Origin: Pirellulales bacterium
Lineage (GTDB): Bacteria > Planctomycetota > Planctomycetia > Pirellulales > UBA1268
Assembly: GCA_028066355.1 (NCBI GenBank)
Contig: JALCBP010000006.1
Span: 10,719 to 74,718 of the forward strand
Direction of reading: 5' to 3'
Length of the DNA: 64,000 nt
Each line of letters opens with the position of its first letter. The first letter of the stretch is position 1. Positions 28,834 through 39,127 of this stretch are shown in pieces. Both the position numbers and the translations under genes were made by a program. The notes beneath the pieces were generated by a model. The model ran no database searches and was not told the origin of the DNA. It saw nothing but the letters and a program-made list of their open reading frames with translations.

Positions 28834-30045
28834 CTATTTCCTCGGACGAATCCCGCCCTGAACCCGAAGCGGCAGCCCAAGGATTCTGAGAAATCCCTCA
28901 GCGTCAGTCTGATCATATGAGCCGCCACCCTCCATTGAGGCAATTGCGGCATCATACAAACTCTCAGAGCTTTCTCTACTTTTTACGAGGATGTTCCCTT
29001 TGTATAAGTTGAGCTCGACACTACCTGTAACGGGTCGCTGTGCCTCACGAATGAATGCAAGAAGTGCATCCATTTTTGCACAATACCAAAACCCGTAATA
29101 AACCGCCTCAGCGAACTCAGCTGACAAACGATCTCGAAGATGAACCAGATCGCGATCAAGTGTCAGTTGCTCAATAAACCGGTGTGATTCATACAAAAGG
29201 GTCATCCCGGGAGCTTCGTACACACCACGACTTTTCATTCCCACAAGACGGTTCTCGAGGATATCTATTCGACCAATCCCGTTGCGTCCACCAATTTCAT
29301 TGAGCCTAAGAACCATTTCGTGTGGACAAAGTTCCTCACCGTTAAGCTTCACTGGAACACCAGAATCAAACGTAATTCGTATGGTCTCGACACGATCTGG
29401 CGCTTGTTGCGGCGAAACAGACATTCCAAAATCAACAAGCTCATAGCCATCTGTATCAAGTTCTTCCAGAAGACCTGCCTCATAGCTAGTGTGCAGGCAA
29501 TTCTCATCCGAGCTGTACGGTTTTGCTTTCGAAGCTTTCACAGGAATCGATTTTTCTTCACAAAATTCAATGAGTTCTTTTCGACCTGGAAAACGTTTAC
29601 GAAACGCTTCTATCCGCCACGGTGCAAGCACCTCGATCGACGGATCAATGGCCTCAGCAGCCAACTGAAAACGGCACTGATCATTGCCTTTACCGGTCGA
29701 ACCATGTGCAAATACGGTCGCACCCTCTGCATGTGCAAGATCGACACAGACCTTACTTATCAGGGGCCGGGCGATCGATGTCCCAAGAAGGTATGTCCCC
29801 TCATAGCGTGCCTGCCACTGCATGGCTGGAAACGCGTAATCTCGGCAGAGTTCCTCTCTTACGTCAACAAGAATCGCTTTTTTCGCACCACACCGACGGG
29901 CTTTTTCAAGCGTCGCCTCTCTGTCTTCACACGGCTGCCCAAGATCAACGTAGACACAAATTACTTCGTACCCTTGCTCAATCAACCAGCCAAGTATTAC
30001 GGACGTGTCGAGACCACCCGAGTACGCGAGGACGCATTTTTTCAT
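28834..30045 (-). CDS. argG: Argininosuccinate synthase
   Basis: LAYSGGLDTS, YLLGTSIARP, HGSTGKGNDQCRF and ENRLVGMKSRGVYEAPG. Confidence 0.98.
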   Translation of the reverse strand: MKKCVLAYSGGLDTSVILGWLIEQGYEVICVYVDLGQPCEDREATLEKARRCGAKKAILVDVREELCRDYAFPAMQWQARYEGTYLLGTSIARPLISKVCVDLAHAEGATVFAHGSTGKGNDQCRFQLAAEAIDPSIEVLAPWRIEAFRKRFPGRKELIEFCEEKSIPVKASKAKPYSSDENCLHTSYEAGLLEELDTDGYELVDFGMSVSPQQAPDRVETIRITFDSGVPVKLNGEELCPHEMVLRLNEIGGRNGIGRIDILENRLVGMKSRGVYEAPGMTLLYESHRFIEQLTLDRDLVHLRDRLSAEFAEAVYYGFWYCAKMDALLAFIREAQRPVTGSVELNLYKGNILVKSRESSESLYDAAIASMEGGGSYDQTDAEGFLRILGLPLRVQGGIRPRK

Positions 30046-30213
30046 TCGTCATTTCCTAAAAAGTAACTAGCCTACGAAGCTCTAGACCTAAAATGTGACA
30101 AAAAATTCAATTCAGGCAATGCAGACCCATCAAGCCTGCTAACAATTGCCTGTTACTCGAAAAAAGTGTTCTAAATTAAGGATGTTTCCACCTAGCGTTC
30201 AGTGCACGACCGT

Positions 30214-31764
30214 TCACACTTCGTGCACCATCGCCATATTGTGACCGCCTGCTCCAAACCCTATTCCAGCAACAAGAACGATACGGTCTCCTCGCTCAAG
30301 TCGACCATTCTGCAACCCCCATTCACTTACATGGCTCAGCAACTGATTCACGTCAGCTCCCTCAGGAACAGCAACCGGAGTCACACCCCAGTACAACGTC
30401 ATCTGCCTGAGTGTTGCCGGGTCATCAGTCAACCCGATTGTAGGAACGGCACCACGGTGTTTTGACCGAGCGATCGCCGTAACTCCACTCTTACTGGCAA
30501 CAACAAAAAGCCGTGCATCTAGCTCTGCTGCGATGCGGCTCGCCCCTTCAACAACTGCCTGAGTGATTGGATGGAGTCCGTGTACAAGCCGTTGAGGCTT
30601 TGGTAGGTAAGCATTCCCAGCAGCACCGACTCTACTTTTTCCTAACAACTCATCGAGGTATTGTCGTCGTGAATTCAGATACTGCCGCTCAGTTGATTGT
30701 GCTATACGACGCATCATTTCTACAACACGTCGCGGATGATCACCGATGGCTGTTTCTCCCGAGAGCATGCATGCATCTGCACCATCAAGAATGGCATTAG
30801 CAACATCGGTCGTCTCAGCACGCGTCGGGCGTCTTGAATATTGCATGCTATCCAGCATCTGCGTCGCTACGATCACCGGCTTTTGGTATTGCTGACAGAC
30901 CCGAATAATCTGCTTCTGTACCATCGGCATACTTGCGACATCAATTTCAACTCCAAGGTCACCACGGGCGACCATTACCACATCGGCTCCGTCAATAATC
31001 GAGTCGAGGTTATCAAGCGCCTCCCGCTTTTCAATCTTGGCAACCACTCGTGCAGAGGATTGTCTGGTGCGTAATAATTCCTTAAGAAGGTTAACCTCGC
31101 CAGAAGATCGCACGAAAGAAAGACTCACAAAATCAGCACCCACAGAAGCTGCCCATTCAGCATGCTTCCAATCGTCCGCACTCATTGCAGCAACCGACAA
31201 GTTAACACCTGGCAAATTTACGCCCTGACGGCTTCTGACAACTCCACCTTGCACCACTCGACAACGTGCGTGGTCGTTTGTCTTCTCAGATACAACCAAA
31301 CTGATTGTACCGTCAGCAAGCATGATGGAATCTCCAACAGCCAACTCATTTACAAGCGTCGGATAGGTCGTCACAAAATGGTGCATCCGGTCGCTTGCTG
31401 TGCCGGGAACAAAAAAAATATCACTTCCTTCAACGCACTCAACGCTACCACCAGTGATTTCTCCTAGCCGTATTTTTGGGCCGGCCAAGTCAACAAGGAT
31501 ACCTACAGGCCTTCCAACTTTTTCCGATATATCTCGAACCGTGTTGAGCGTCGCGGTATGCTCATCTATGGAGCCATGCGCCATGTTGAGTCTGAAAACA
31601 TCAACGCCACCTTCAATGAGTGCCTGAACACCTGCTTCACCAGAACTCGCAGGCCCTATGGTTGCAATAATTTTTGTTCGTACCGGTGCACCAGGGAGAG
31701 ACGGTGCTGCTTCATCCACGCCTGAATAACCGGGAATATCTGTCACGACGCGGCCCTGCTGCAT
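30214..31764 (-). CDS. pyk: Pyruvate kinase
   Basis: RTKIIATIGPAS, DLAGPKIR, MVARGDLGVE, ATQMLDSM and MLSGETA. Confidence 0.97.
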   Translation of the reverse strand: MQQGRVVTDIPGYSGVDEAAPSLPGAPVRTKIIATIGPASSGEAGVQALIEGGVDVFRLNMAHGSIDEHTATLNTVRDISEKVGRPVGILVDLAGPKIRLGEITGGSVECVEGSDIFFVPGTASDRMHHFVTTYPTLVNELAVGDSIMLADGTISLVVSEKTNDHARCRVVQGGVVRSRQGVNLPGVNLSVAAMSADDWKHAEWAASVGADFVSLSFVRSSGEVNLLKELLRTRQSSARVVAKIEKREALDNLDSIIDGADVVMVARGDLGVEIDVASMPMVQKQIIRVCQQYQKPVIVATQMLDSMQYSRRPTRAETTDVANAILDGADACMLSGETAIGDHPRRVVEMMRRIAQSTERQYLNSRRQYLDELLGKSRVGAAGNAYLPKPQRLVHGLHPITQAVVEGASRIAAELDARLFVVASKSGVTAIARSKHRGAVPTIGLTDDPATLRQMTLYWGVTPVAVPEGADVNQLLSHVSEWGLQNGRLERGDRIVLVAGIGFGAGGHNMAMVHEV

Positions 31765-31875
31765 CTAAGGGGTAGGATAAATCAGTCAAACCAAACACAA
31801 TTGTAGTTTACCGTAATTAAGAAACATGTTCTTAAGAGTGAATCAACCCTTTTTACCTTTGCAGAAAAACACCGT

Positions 31876-32787
31876 TTGATGGTTAAATCTGGCTTGTACG
31901 CCTCAACAAAGAGAAAGTCTTCGGCAGATTACTGGCGACAACAACGCGTTCTCATAGCTGGTGGCACCAGCGGATTTGGGCTCGTTTTAGCAAAACTACT
32001 AAGTCGTTTAGGTGCCTCTGTTATGGTGATTGGTCGTTCGGCTGAACGAGTCCGAAACGCAATGGTCCAGTGCGATGCTGAAGCAGACAACGCTGGGCAC
32101 TCAAAAAATCGAGTGCAGGGGATTACCGCTGACCTCAGTCAAAATGGAGAGGGCAACCGCGTTGCTGCTCACTGTATTGATAAGCTTGGTGGTTGTGACT
32201 CATTCTTTTTCTGTATTGGTCAATCAAGTCGATCGCTTGTTCTCAAACTGACCCCTCAAGAGATACGCTCCTCTCTTGATGCAAATCTCATGACAGCCAT
32301 TGAAATCACTCAGGCTGTGGCCGAATCTGTTTGCCATGCCCACGGGCATCTTGTTTTTATTGGAAGCCTCGCTGGAAAGTTTGTCACTCCAGCGATGGGT
32401 AACTACGCTATCGGAAAGTCAGCGCTTGCGGCTTTTGCTGAGGCCGTTCGCCTTGAAACACAACCACATGGTGGGCACGTCCTTCTTGTTTGTCCTGGCC
32501 CGATTCAGCGAGTATCGGTAGAAGGATCAAGCGATCCTTCGCACAATCGTTACGATGAACAAGTACTGAATTACGGACTCCCCAATAGCACTGCACAGCC
32601 GGGCGGTGGGGCGTCAGTGCGGCTTTTGGATGCAGAGAAACTCGCTGACGAGGTACTGGCTGCGTGCCAGCAGAATCATCAGGAACTCGTCCGCCCGAAA
32701 AAGGCAATGTTTCTCGCCGGTCTCATTGAATGGTTCCCGTCATGGGGGCGGACAATACTCAACCGCTATACGAGACAAAAAGACTGA
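31876..32787 (+). CDS. Short-chain dehydrogenase/reductase
   Basis: AGGTSGFG nucleotide-binding motif, GS..YAIGK catalytic motif and VCPGP. Confidence 0.88.
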   Translation: MMVKSGLYASTKRKSSADYWRQQRVLIAGGTSGFGLVLAKLLSRLGASVMVIGRSAERVRNAMVQCDAEADNAGHSKNRVQGITADLSQNGEGNRVAAHCIDKLGGCDSFFFCIGQSSRSLVLKLTPQEIRSSLDANLMTAIEITQAVAESVCHAHGHLVFIGSLAGKFVTPAMGNYAIGKSALAAFAEAVRLETQPHGGHVLLVCPGPIQRVSVEGSSDPSHNRYDEQVLNYGLPNSTAQPGGGASVRLLDAEKLADEVLAACQQNHQELVRPKKAMFLAGLIEWFPSWGRTILNRYTRQKD

Positions 32788-32883
32788 TAGCAGGATCAGC
32801 ACGCTGCCCACACAAAAACATTTTTTTCAACCGAGCCAGATACCAGCAAGTGGATAGCTCATGAGGTGTCGTCACGATACCCA

Positions 32884-35646
32884 TCAAGACATCATCTCCG
32901 AATTTACACCTGATCCGGCAACCTCTTTCAACGCCATCCGAATCGTTGCAAGACGGTCTGAGTCTTCGACTTTTGCACCATCAAAGTCGACCACATGAAA
33001 TGCATCTACAATCTGGTCAAGATAGGTGCTGATTTTTGCTGAACGCACCGAGAATTGATGTTCGTAAAGCGTTTTCGATAAAGCGAGAAGAAGCCCATCA
33101 GAATCCTCTGCGAAAACTTCGATTATTGTCGCATCCGTCGACGAGTCGTTGTCGACCTGAACTCGTGGCGGCAATTTTGCAGCTGCCTGCACTTCGGATG
33201 CGAAAGGGTTCCACCTTCGCTTGATCGATGGCAACTCATTCTCAAGGCAGGACTCAACAGCTTTCGAAATCTCTTCTAACCGTCCCGCCGGAACAGTACC
33301 AACAAAGTCTTTATCCACAACACGAAAATGATCAATAAGATATTCATCATCGAGTGTGTGAATATCAGCTGAAAGGATTTCAAGCCGTTGGCTCGCCAAC
33401 CCGGCTGCTATTCTGTGAAATACGCCGGATATTAGGGACGCTCTCAATCCAACAGTGACTGATATTGTCGATGTGTCAGGTTGCCACCGGACGGCAACGA
33501 ATCGTCCACCAGTCGGTAGATTGGTCAATTTAGCGAGTTCTTCAACAACGCGATTCGGCTCGTACGATCGAAGATAGCCACGAGGAAGGTCGGTTGCGAG
33601 CCTTACGAGTGGTTCACTCGCATCTAGGTCTGCCAGAAGTTCGCTTATTTCTGCCCGCCTAAGATCCGCGCCCCGGTCATTCGCATCGGGATCAAGAAAC
33701 TGTAGCGTCCGGTTATAGAGATCGCTCAGGAGTTCTGCCTTCCACTGATTCCAAACACCGGGTCCAACAGCTGCAATATCTGCCATCGTCAAAACGGTGA
33801 GGAGCCGCAGAATTTCAGGGGAGCCAACCTCACGAGCAAATGAAAGAACAAGTGAATCGTCATCGACATTTCGCCTGAAGGCAAGTTCCGCCATAAGAAG
33901 GTGACGCAGTACAAGAAACTCAAGTACCTCCGCCTCATCATTGTCCAGGCCAAATAGGGGAGCAACATCTCTTGCTATTCGAGCACCGACCTCGCTGTGA
34001 TCACCCTCATATCCTTTGCCAAGATCATGAATTAATAGCGCAAGCAGCACGAGCCGTCGCCTTCTTCGAACCTGGCGCCAGACATCACCGAGCCAGCCTT
34101 CATCAGCATCGAGTTCATTGGCCCTCTCGACTGCCAGAAGGCAATGTTCGTCAACTGTATATTTATGAAAATTGTTAAACTGCAAAAGACCTCGTGCATG
34201 AAAAAAAGCGGGTAGCAATTGCTCGAGCAGTCTCAGTTCATGAAGCCTCCGAAGTGCCGGGCCGAGGGGAGAAACAATAGAGAAAAGTCCAATAAAGCGT
34301 TGCCGAGCCTCGTCTGTAACTGGTGGGGAAAATCGAGCGACTGACTGACGCAAAGCGGTCCAATTCGTCGGCTCAATCGGAACTTCATAAAGCATTGAGA
34401 GCTCAACCAGCCGAACAATCCGCTCCATATCAGAAGCGACTGTCTTAAAGGAACTTGGCACGATAGCAACAGCCATCGGCCCCACCACAAAGCAACCATC
34501 GACCCTATTGCCAAATAACCCAGTCATCCAGCTTCGCAGTCTACGCCCCCCCTCGGCCTGCTGTGTCAGCCCTCGTGTCACTTGGGCGACCTCACGGGTG
34601 TAACCAAAATAAACCTGCATAAAATGCTCAACACCCAACATTCCAGCAGCCGCGTAGAAACCGCGTTCCTCTGCAATGCGAACCTGTTCTTCGCGTGTTA
34701 ATTCATCACTTCCTCGGCCCGCCTGAATATGAAGTTCAACTCGCAGGTCTCTAAGAAAAACAAGGCATTGGCCGAGCATGTCGGCGTCTGCATCCGAAAG
34801 CCCACGATTACGATTGAGAACTCGGCGATCATCTACGGAAATAACACTTTCTCCACCAGGCAATGGTGAAGGCCCAAGAGGAAGAAGCCGGTCAGACTCA
34901 AGAAACGATAGCCATCTCGCTAGTTGGATATCTCGAATACCACCAACGGAGCGTTTGACATTTGGCTGAAGGAGATAAACGGTTTCACCGTACTTCTTCG
35001 CTTCCTCCTTTCGAGCGGCAACGAGCATTCTTGCCATCTTCCGACGCGAACGCAGAGCCATTGCTCTCAACCGTGCGATCAGTTTGTGGCATCGCGCTTC
35101 GTCCCCTGCGAGCACCCTGAGTTCCAACAAGGAACTGAAGATAGTTGCGTCTGCTGATGCTAATTGCGTGGCCTCAGCAACAGTCCGAACACTTTGCCCG
35201 ACCTCAAGTCCTGCGTCAAAAAGGTCACGTAAAAGCTGACTAGCGACTTCGGCTACTACGTCAGTCTGGCTGACATTTTCTGATAGTGAGCTTCGATTTT
35301 TCCGTATTCCTTCAGAACCAACTGTTTTCTCAAGCAACAACACTAGATCCACATCAGAACCTGGTGTCATTTCACCACGCGCGTACCCCCCACATGCTAC
35401 AACCGTTACCCGCTTGCTCACCTCGCACCGATCACTCTCCCGCAATTCTGCAAGAATTGCCTTCCAGATCTCACGCACACACCGATCAACTGCTTTTGTC
35501 CGTAATCGACAAAGCGATAATCCATTATCACCGGCTGCGTGCCGAAGCCTGATATCTTTGTCAACCACCGCGAGCAAAGATGATGCATCTTGAACCGACT
35601 TCCGAACCGCTCGGCTTGACGCATTACTAGCAACTGATTTATTCAT
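32884..35646 (-). CDS. glnD: [Protein-PII] uridylyltransferase / uridylyl-removing enzyme
   Basis: GGYARGEMTPGSDVDL, PNVKRSVGGIRD, HKYTVDEH...HDLGKG (HD domain) and C-terminal ACT-like domains. Confidence 0.95.
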   Translation of the reverse strand: MNKSVASNASSRAVRKSVQDASSLLAVVDKDIRLRHAAGDNGLSLCRLRTKAVDRCVREIWKAILAELRESDRCEVSKRVTVVACGGYARGEMTPGSDVDLVLLLEKTVGSEGIRKNRSSLSENVSQTDVVAEVASQLLRDLFDAGLEVGQSVRTVAEATQLASADATIFSSLLELRVLAGDEARCHKLIARLRAMALRSRRKMARMLVAARKEEAKKYGETVYLLQPNVKRSVGGIRDIQLARWLSFLESDRLLPLGPSPLPGGESVISVDDRRVLNRNRGLSDADADMLGQCLVFLRDLRVELHIQAGRGSDELTREEQVRIAEERGFYAAAGMLGVEHFMQVYFGYTREVAQVTRGLTQQAEGGRRLRSWMTGLFGNRVDGCFVVGPMAVAIVPSSFKTVASDMERIVRLVELSMLYEVPIEPTNWTALRQSVARFSPPVTDEARQRFIGLFSIVSPLGPALRRLHELRLLEQLLPAFFHARGLLQFNNFHKYTVDEHCLLAVERANELDADEGWLGDVWRQVRRRRRLVLLALLIHDLGKGYEGDHSEVGARIARDVAPLFGLDNDEAEVLEFLVLRHLLMAELAFRRNVDDDSLVLSFAREVGSPEILRLLTVLTMADIAAVGPGVWNQWKAELLSDLYNRTLQFLDPDANDRGADLRRAEISELLADLDASEPLVRLATDLPRGYLRSYEPNRVVEELAKLTNLPTGGRFVAVRWQPDTSTISVTVGLRASLISGVFHRIAAGLASQRLEILSADIHTLDDEYLIDHFRVVDKDFVGTVPAGRLEEISKAVESCLENELPSIKRRWNPFASEVQAAAKLPPRVQVDNDSSTDATIIEVFAEDSDGLLLALSKTLYEHQFSVRSAKISTYLDQIVDAFHVVDFDGAKVEDSDRLATIRMALKEVAGSGVNSEMMS

Positions 35647-36182
35647 GACGGGTGCCAGGGGTCATCCTTAACGCGTGCTTGCTTATTTACCGTTCGTGCT
35701 AATACAAACAGAAGATCACCCAAGCGGTTCAGGTATTCAATTGCATTTGCTGGAACCGTCGTTTCAAGACGACCTGCCAACGTAACAACACGTCGTTCCG
35801 CACGACGACACACTGTTCGAGCAACATGAAGAGACGCAGCCAAAGGGCTTCCAGTCGGCAGAATAAAACTGGCTAGTGGTTCAAGGGCCTCTTCATACTG
35901 GTCAATGGCAGTTTCGAGAGCCTCTACCTGGCAAACCTTGATTCTTTCATCGTGGTCACCTGGAGTAGCTAATTCGGCACCAAGTTCAAAAAGATCGCAT
36001 TGAATTACCCGCAGCAGGTCGTCAAATACATCGGCGTTCGGTTGAGCCCTGGCCATCCCGAGATGACTATTCAGTTCGTCAACCGTTCCAAACGCCTCAA
36101 TGCGTGCATGATCCTTGGTCACCCTCGGACCTCCGAATAGACCTGTCTGTCCTGCATCGCCAGTTTTTGTATAAATTTTCAT
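35643..36182 (-). CDS. PduO-type cob(I)alamin adenosyltransferase
   Basis: MKIYTKTGDAGQT, GTVDELNS, ARTVCRRAER and YLNRLGDLLF. ATGA overlap with glnD. Confidence 0.94.
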   Translation of the reverse strand: MKIYTKTGDAGQTGLFGGPRVTKDHARIEAFGTVDELNSHLGMARAQPNADVFDDLLRVIQCDLFELGAELATPGDHDERIKVCQVEALETAIDQYEEALEPLASFILPTGSPLAASLHVARTVCRRAERRVVTLAGRLETTVPANAIEYLNRLGDLLFVLARTVNKQARVKDDPWHPS

Positions 36183-36321
36183 GCGTATCCTAGAATCTTC
36201 TCCGGTGCCGCGTGTGCAATTCATTCCTATACTAAGACGTATTTAGCTTAATTCTTTCGAAAATAAGTTTATTCAAGCCAATTTTCCTTTGGAGCTAACG
36301 CCCGTGATACCTCTTAAGCAT

Positions 36322-37437
36322 ATGCCTTCCGCGCCATCACAACTGCTGATTTATTTGACTGCGATTCTATCATTTGTTTCATTTCCTGCCCTCGCTTCAG
36401 AATACGAGAACACGTTTCTATCTAGCCCTGTGCGAATCACCGCTGGCCTAACAAAAGCTGGAGAAGGTTATTTCGCTCAGGACATGAGCCGCATCTGCTA
36501 CCAAGGCATCCCGGACAAAAAACCGTTTTACCAGATTTTTATCCAGCCGTTTTCATCATCGACACCAAGAATCGCAGAGCCTTTCCGCGTAAGCACTGGA
36601 ACAGGAAGGACAACATGTGCCTGGTTTTCGCCGAATGGAAAACAACTGCTATTTGCCTCGAGTCACCTCGACCCAGACGTCAAGACAACAGAAGAGAACG
36701 CGATTGCTCAGGCCAAGGCGGACGCACTTGCGGGAAGACGTCGTCGATACCAATGGGACTTCGATCCCTTCATGGATTTATTCGTCGCCGATCTAGAAAA
36801 ACCCGGTTCTCTGAAGCAACTCACAAATACACTTGGATATGACGCTGAGTGTTCGTTTTCCCCCGACGGGACCCGTCTTCTTTTCGTGAGTGATAGAGAT
36901 GGCGACCCTGACATCTATGTTGCAAATGCAGATGGAAGCCATGTCAAACAATTAACAAATCATCCTGGATACGACGGTGGACCCTTTTTTTCACCCGACG
37001 GCCAATGGATTGCATATCGGACTGATCGACTCGAGAAAGATCTTTTACAGATTCATGTCATGAAAGCTGATGGCTCGAATGATGTTGCCATTACCCGAGG
37101 GCGAAGCGTTCATTGGGCACCGTTTTGGCACCCGACAAAACCATGGCTGATTTGGACAGGTGCTGATCATTCTGACCCGACATCCCGTCCCAACTACGAT
37201 CTCTGGCTTGCTGAGTATAGCACTGATCAAAATTCTATTCAGTGCGGCACTCCTTTACGGCTTACCGACCACCCAGGAGCGGACGTCCTTCCTGTTTTTT
37301 CACCAGACGGAAAGCTTCTCATGTGGACTGCAAGTCGTGAAGCCGAGGCTGGAAAGAAGCCAACCAGCCAGCTATATGTAAGTACAATCAAGACTGCCAA
37401 CGTTGACAATGCTCTCAGTACCATTAACAAACATTGA
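36322..37437 (+). CDS. Exported PD40/TolB-like beta-propeller protein
   Basis: Repeated FSPDG/FSPNG, SDRDGDPDIY and GYDGGPFFSPDG; signal peptide. Alternative TTG start at 36289. Confidence 0.88.
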   Translation: MPSAPSQLLIYLTAILSFVSFPALASEYENTFLSSPVRITAGLTKAGEGYFAQDMSRICYQGIPDKKPFYQIFIQPFSSSTPRIAEPFRVSTGTGRTTCAWFSPNGKQLLFASSHLDPDVKTTEENAIAQAKADALAGRRRRYQWDFDPFMDLFVADLEKPGSLKQLTNTLGYDAECSFSPDGTRLLFVSDRDGDPDIYVANADGSHVKQLTNHPGYDGGPFFSPDGQWIAYRTDRLEKDLLQIHVMKADGSNDVAITRGRSVHWAPFWHPTKPWLIWTGADHSDPTSRPNYDLWLAEYSTDQNSIQCGTPLRLTDHPGADVLPVFSPDGKLLMWTASREAEAGKKPTSQLYVSTIKTANVDNALSTINKH

Positions 37438-37460
37438 CCCGAACGTCAGGACGAATCGCC

Positions 37461-38285
37461 ATGACACCCTTCGAAAACTCTATCGCCCTCATCGGAGCAG
37501 GGCAGATGGGGCAGGCCTTGGTCCGCGGGTTCTGCAGTTCTGGAGAATGTGATCCGACCGCAATCATCGCCTACGACCCCAATCCCGCTGCAGAGAAGAA
37601 TCTTCAAGACACCATCTCGGGTGTACGGCTGACAACATCTGCTTCTGAAGCGACTCGAGCCGCTCGGTTTGTTATCCTCGCGGTCAAGCCTCAACATGCA
37701 GCGAGCGTGTGCCATGAGATCCAGCCTGCTATACAGGACAACTCGATTGTCATTTCAATCATTGCCGGATTGCCAACATCTTGGCTTTCTAAGGCTTTGA
37801 GAACATCCCGAGTAGTCCGAGTCATGCCGAATACACCGTGTCTCGTTGCTCAGGGCGTCTCAGCTATTTCCAATCCACCAGAACTCGACACGAAAGACTG
37901 TGAGACAATTCAACGACTCTTCTCGACCGTCGGCGTTGTGCATTCCGTTCCAGAGTCGCTTCTCGATGCTGTCACGGCTGTGTCAGGATCAGGCCCAGGC
38001 TACGTCGCACTACTAATCGATGCTCTCGCCGACGGTGGCGTACAGGCGGGTCTTCCTCGACAACTCGCTCTTGATCTCGCCGTTCAAACGTTTGCTGGCA
38101 CAGCCAGCCTCATTGCAGATACAGGTGATCATCCGGCAGTTGTGAAAGACCGAGTAAGTAGTCCAGGTGGAACAACAGTCGCCGGCCTTTCGGTACTCGA
38201 GAGAAAAGGCGTCAGAGGAGCTCTTGCCGATGCAGTAGCAGCAGCAGCAGAGCGTTCAGTGGAACTGGCACGCTCTATCACCTAG
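37461..38285 (+). CDS. proC: Pyrroline-5-carboxylate reductase
   Basis: IGAGQMG, LAVKPQ, RVMPNTP, SGSGPGY and SSPGGTT. Alternative TTG start at 37434. Confidence 0.96.
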   Translation: MTPFENSIALIGAGQMGQALVRGFCSSGECDPTAIIAYDPNPAAEKNLQDTISGVRLTTSASEATRAARFVILAVKPQHAASVCHEIQPAIQDNSIVISIIAGLPTSWLSKALRTSRVVRVMPNTPCLVAQGVSAISNPPELDTKDCETIQRLFSTVGVVHSVPESLLDAVTAVSGSGPGYVALLIDALADGGVQAGLPRQLALDLAVQTFAGTASLIADTGDHPAVVKDRVSSPGGTTVAGLSVLERKGVRGALADAVAAAAERSVELARSIT

Positions 38286-38332
38286 CTAGCGAGCACAAGC
38301 CAGCGAGAACCTAAGTCGCTTCGAAGCTGCAC

Positions 38333-38650
38333 CTATCTGCCGCGTCGGCCCGCCTTCTTCTTTTTTGCTTTTTTAGCTAATGTCTTCTTCTTTGTTGCTT
38401 TTACCTTCTTCAGGCGGCGACTCGCCGGGCTTGATACTCCTTTTGTTTTCTTGGAGGCCTTTTTCTTTCCAGCTACTTTCTTTTTCTTAACAACTGACTT
38501 TTTTTTCTTTTTGGCCTTCCTTGTCGACGTTTTCTTTACCGTTCGCTTTTTATTTCCTGAAGATTTCTTTGCAGCCTTTTGCTCATTACCAAAAACATTT
38601 TCCCAGCCCGCGGCATAATCAGTTGTAGAACCAACTCGAATGACCGACAT
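38333..38650 (-). CDS. Small Lys-rich, histone-H1-like basic protein
   Basis: ATG with a purine-rich RBS. Non-basic head (IRVGSTTDYAAGWENVFG), then a tail; about 35 Lys and 8 Arg in 105 aa by manual count. Confidence 0.75.
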   Translation of the reverse strand: MSVIRVGSTTDYAAGWENVFGNEQKAAKKSSGNKKRTVKKTSTRKAKKKKKSVVKKKKVAGKKKASKKTKGVSSPASRRLKKVKATKKKTLAKKAKKKKAGRRGR

Positions 38651-38758
38651 ACTTCCCTCTTCTCTTCATTATTGTTTTCGTGTATTCACTGTCCCGATCC
38701 ATCCAGCCTTTTTCTAAACTATTTTTACATGACGGATGTGCTGTGAATGTACCAACTC

Positions 38759-39127
38759 CTAACCGATTTTTAAGCCAACTTTTCCAAATTCTTTTGGCAA
38801 AACACGTCGATCTGATGAAAGCTGACCGGATTGAATTTCCATGAACCATTGCTTGTTGCTGCATTCAGTTCGCTCCGCCTGACAGAAAATGAGGCAATTC
38901 CGTCGACCAAGCAGCTCTGAAATACAAACGATTCCTTTCCCGCATTTCATGTCAGCCAGGGCATCGCCGTTGAGCCACATATTGGGAAGATGGCATGGGT
39001 CTGCCACAAGATAAACCCTTTCACCAGCCACAACATTCGTAGGCATTTGGAACCAGCGCACCCAGACGGAATGGTGATCTGGCGTGACGTGTCGCTCCCA
39101 TGCACGCTGAAGACTTATTTCATGCAT
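38759..39127 (-). CDS. Small hypothetical protein, possibly a stand-alone GH2 N-terminal-like beta-sandwich
   Basis: MHEISLQRAW...WVRWFQMPTN...ERVYL...WLNG...ISELLGRRN; its start overlaps the upstream stop. Confidence 0.55.
   Translation of the reverse strand: MHEISLQRAWERHVTPDHHSVWVRWFQMPTNVVAGERVYLVADPCHLPNMWLNGDALADMKCGKGIVCISELLGRRNCLIFCQAERTECSNKQWFMEIQSGQLSSDRRVLPKEFGKVGLKIG

Noticed and set aside
36322-37437. TolB as the partner of the TolQ-like motor
   Set aside because: It is 28 kb away, has only the PD40 propeller and has no pal or tolA neighbour.
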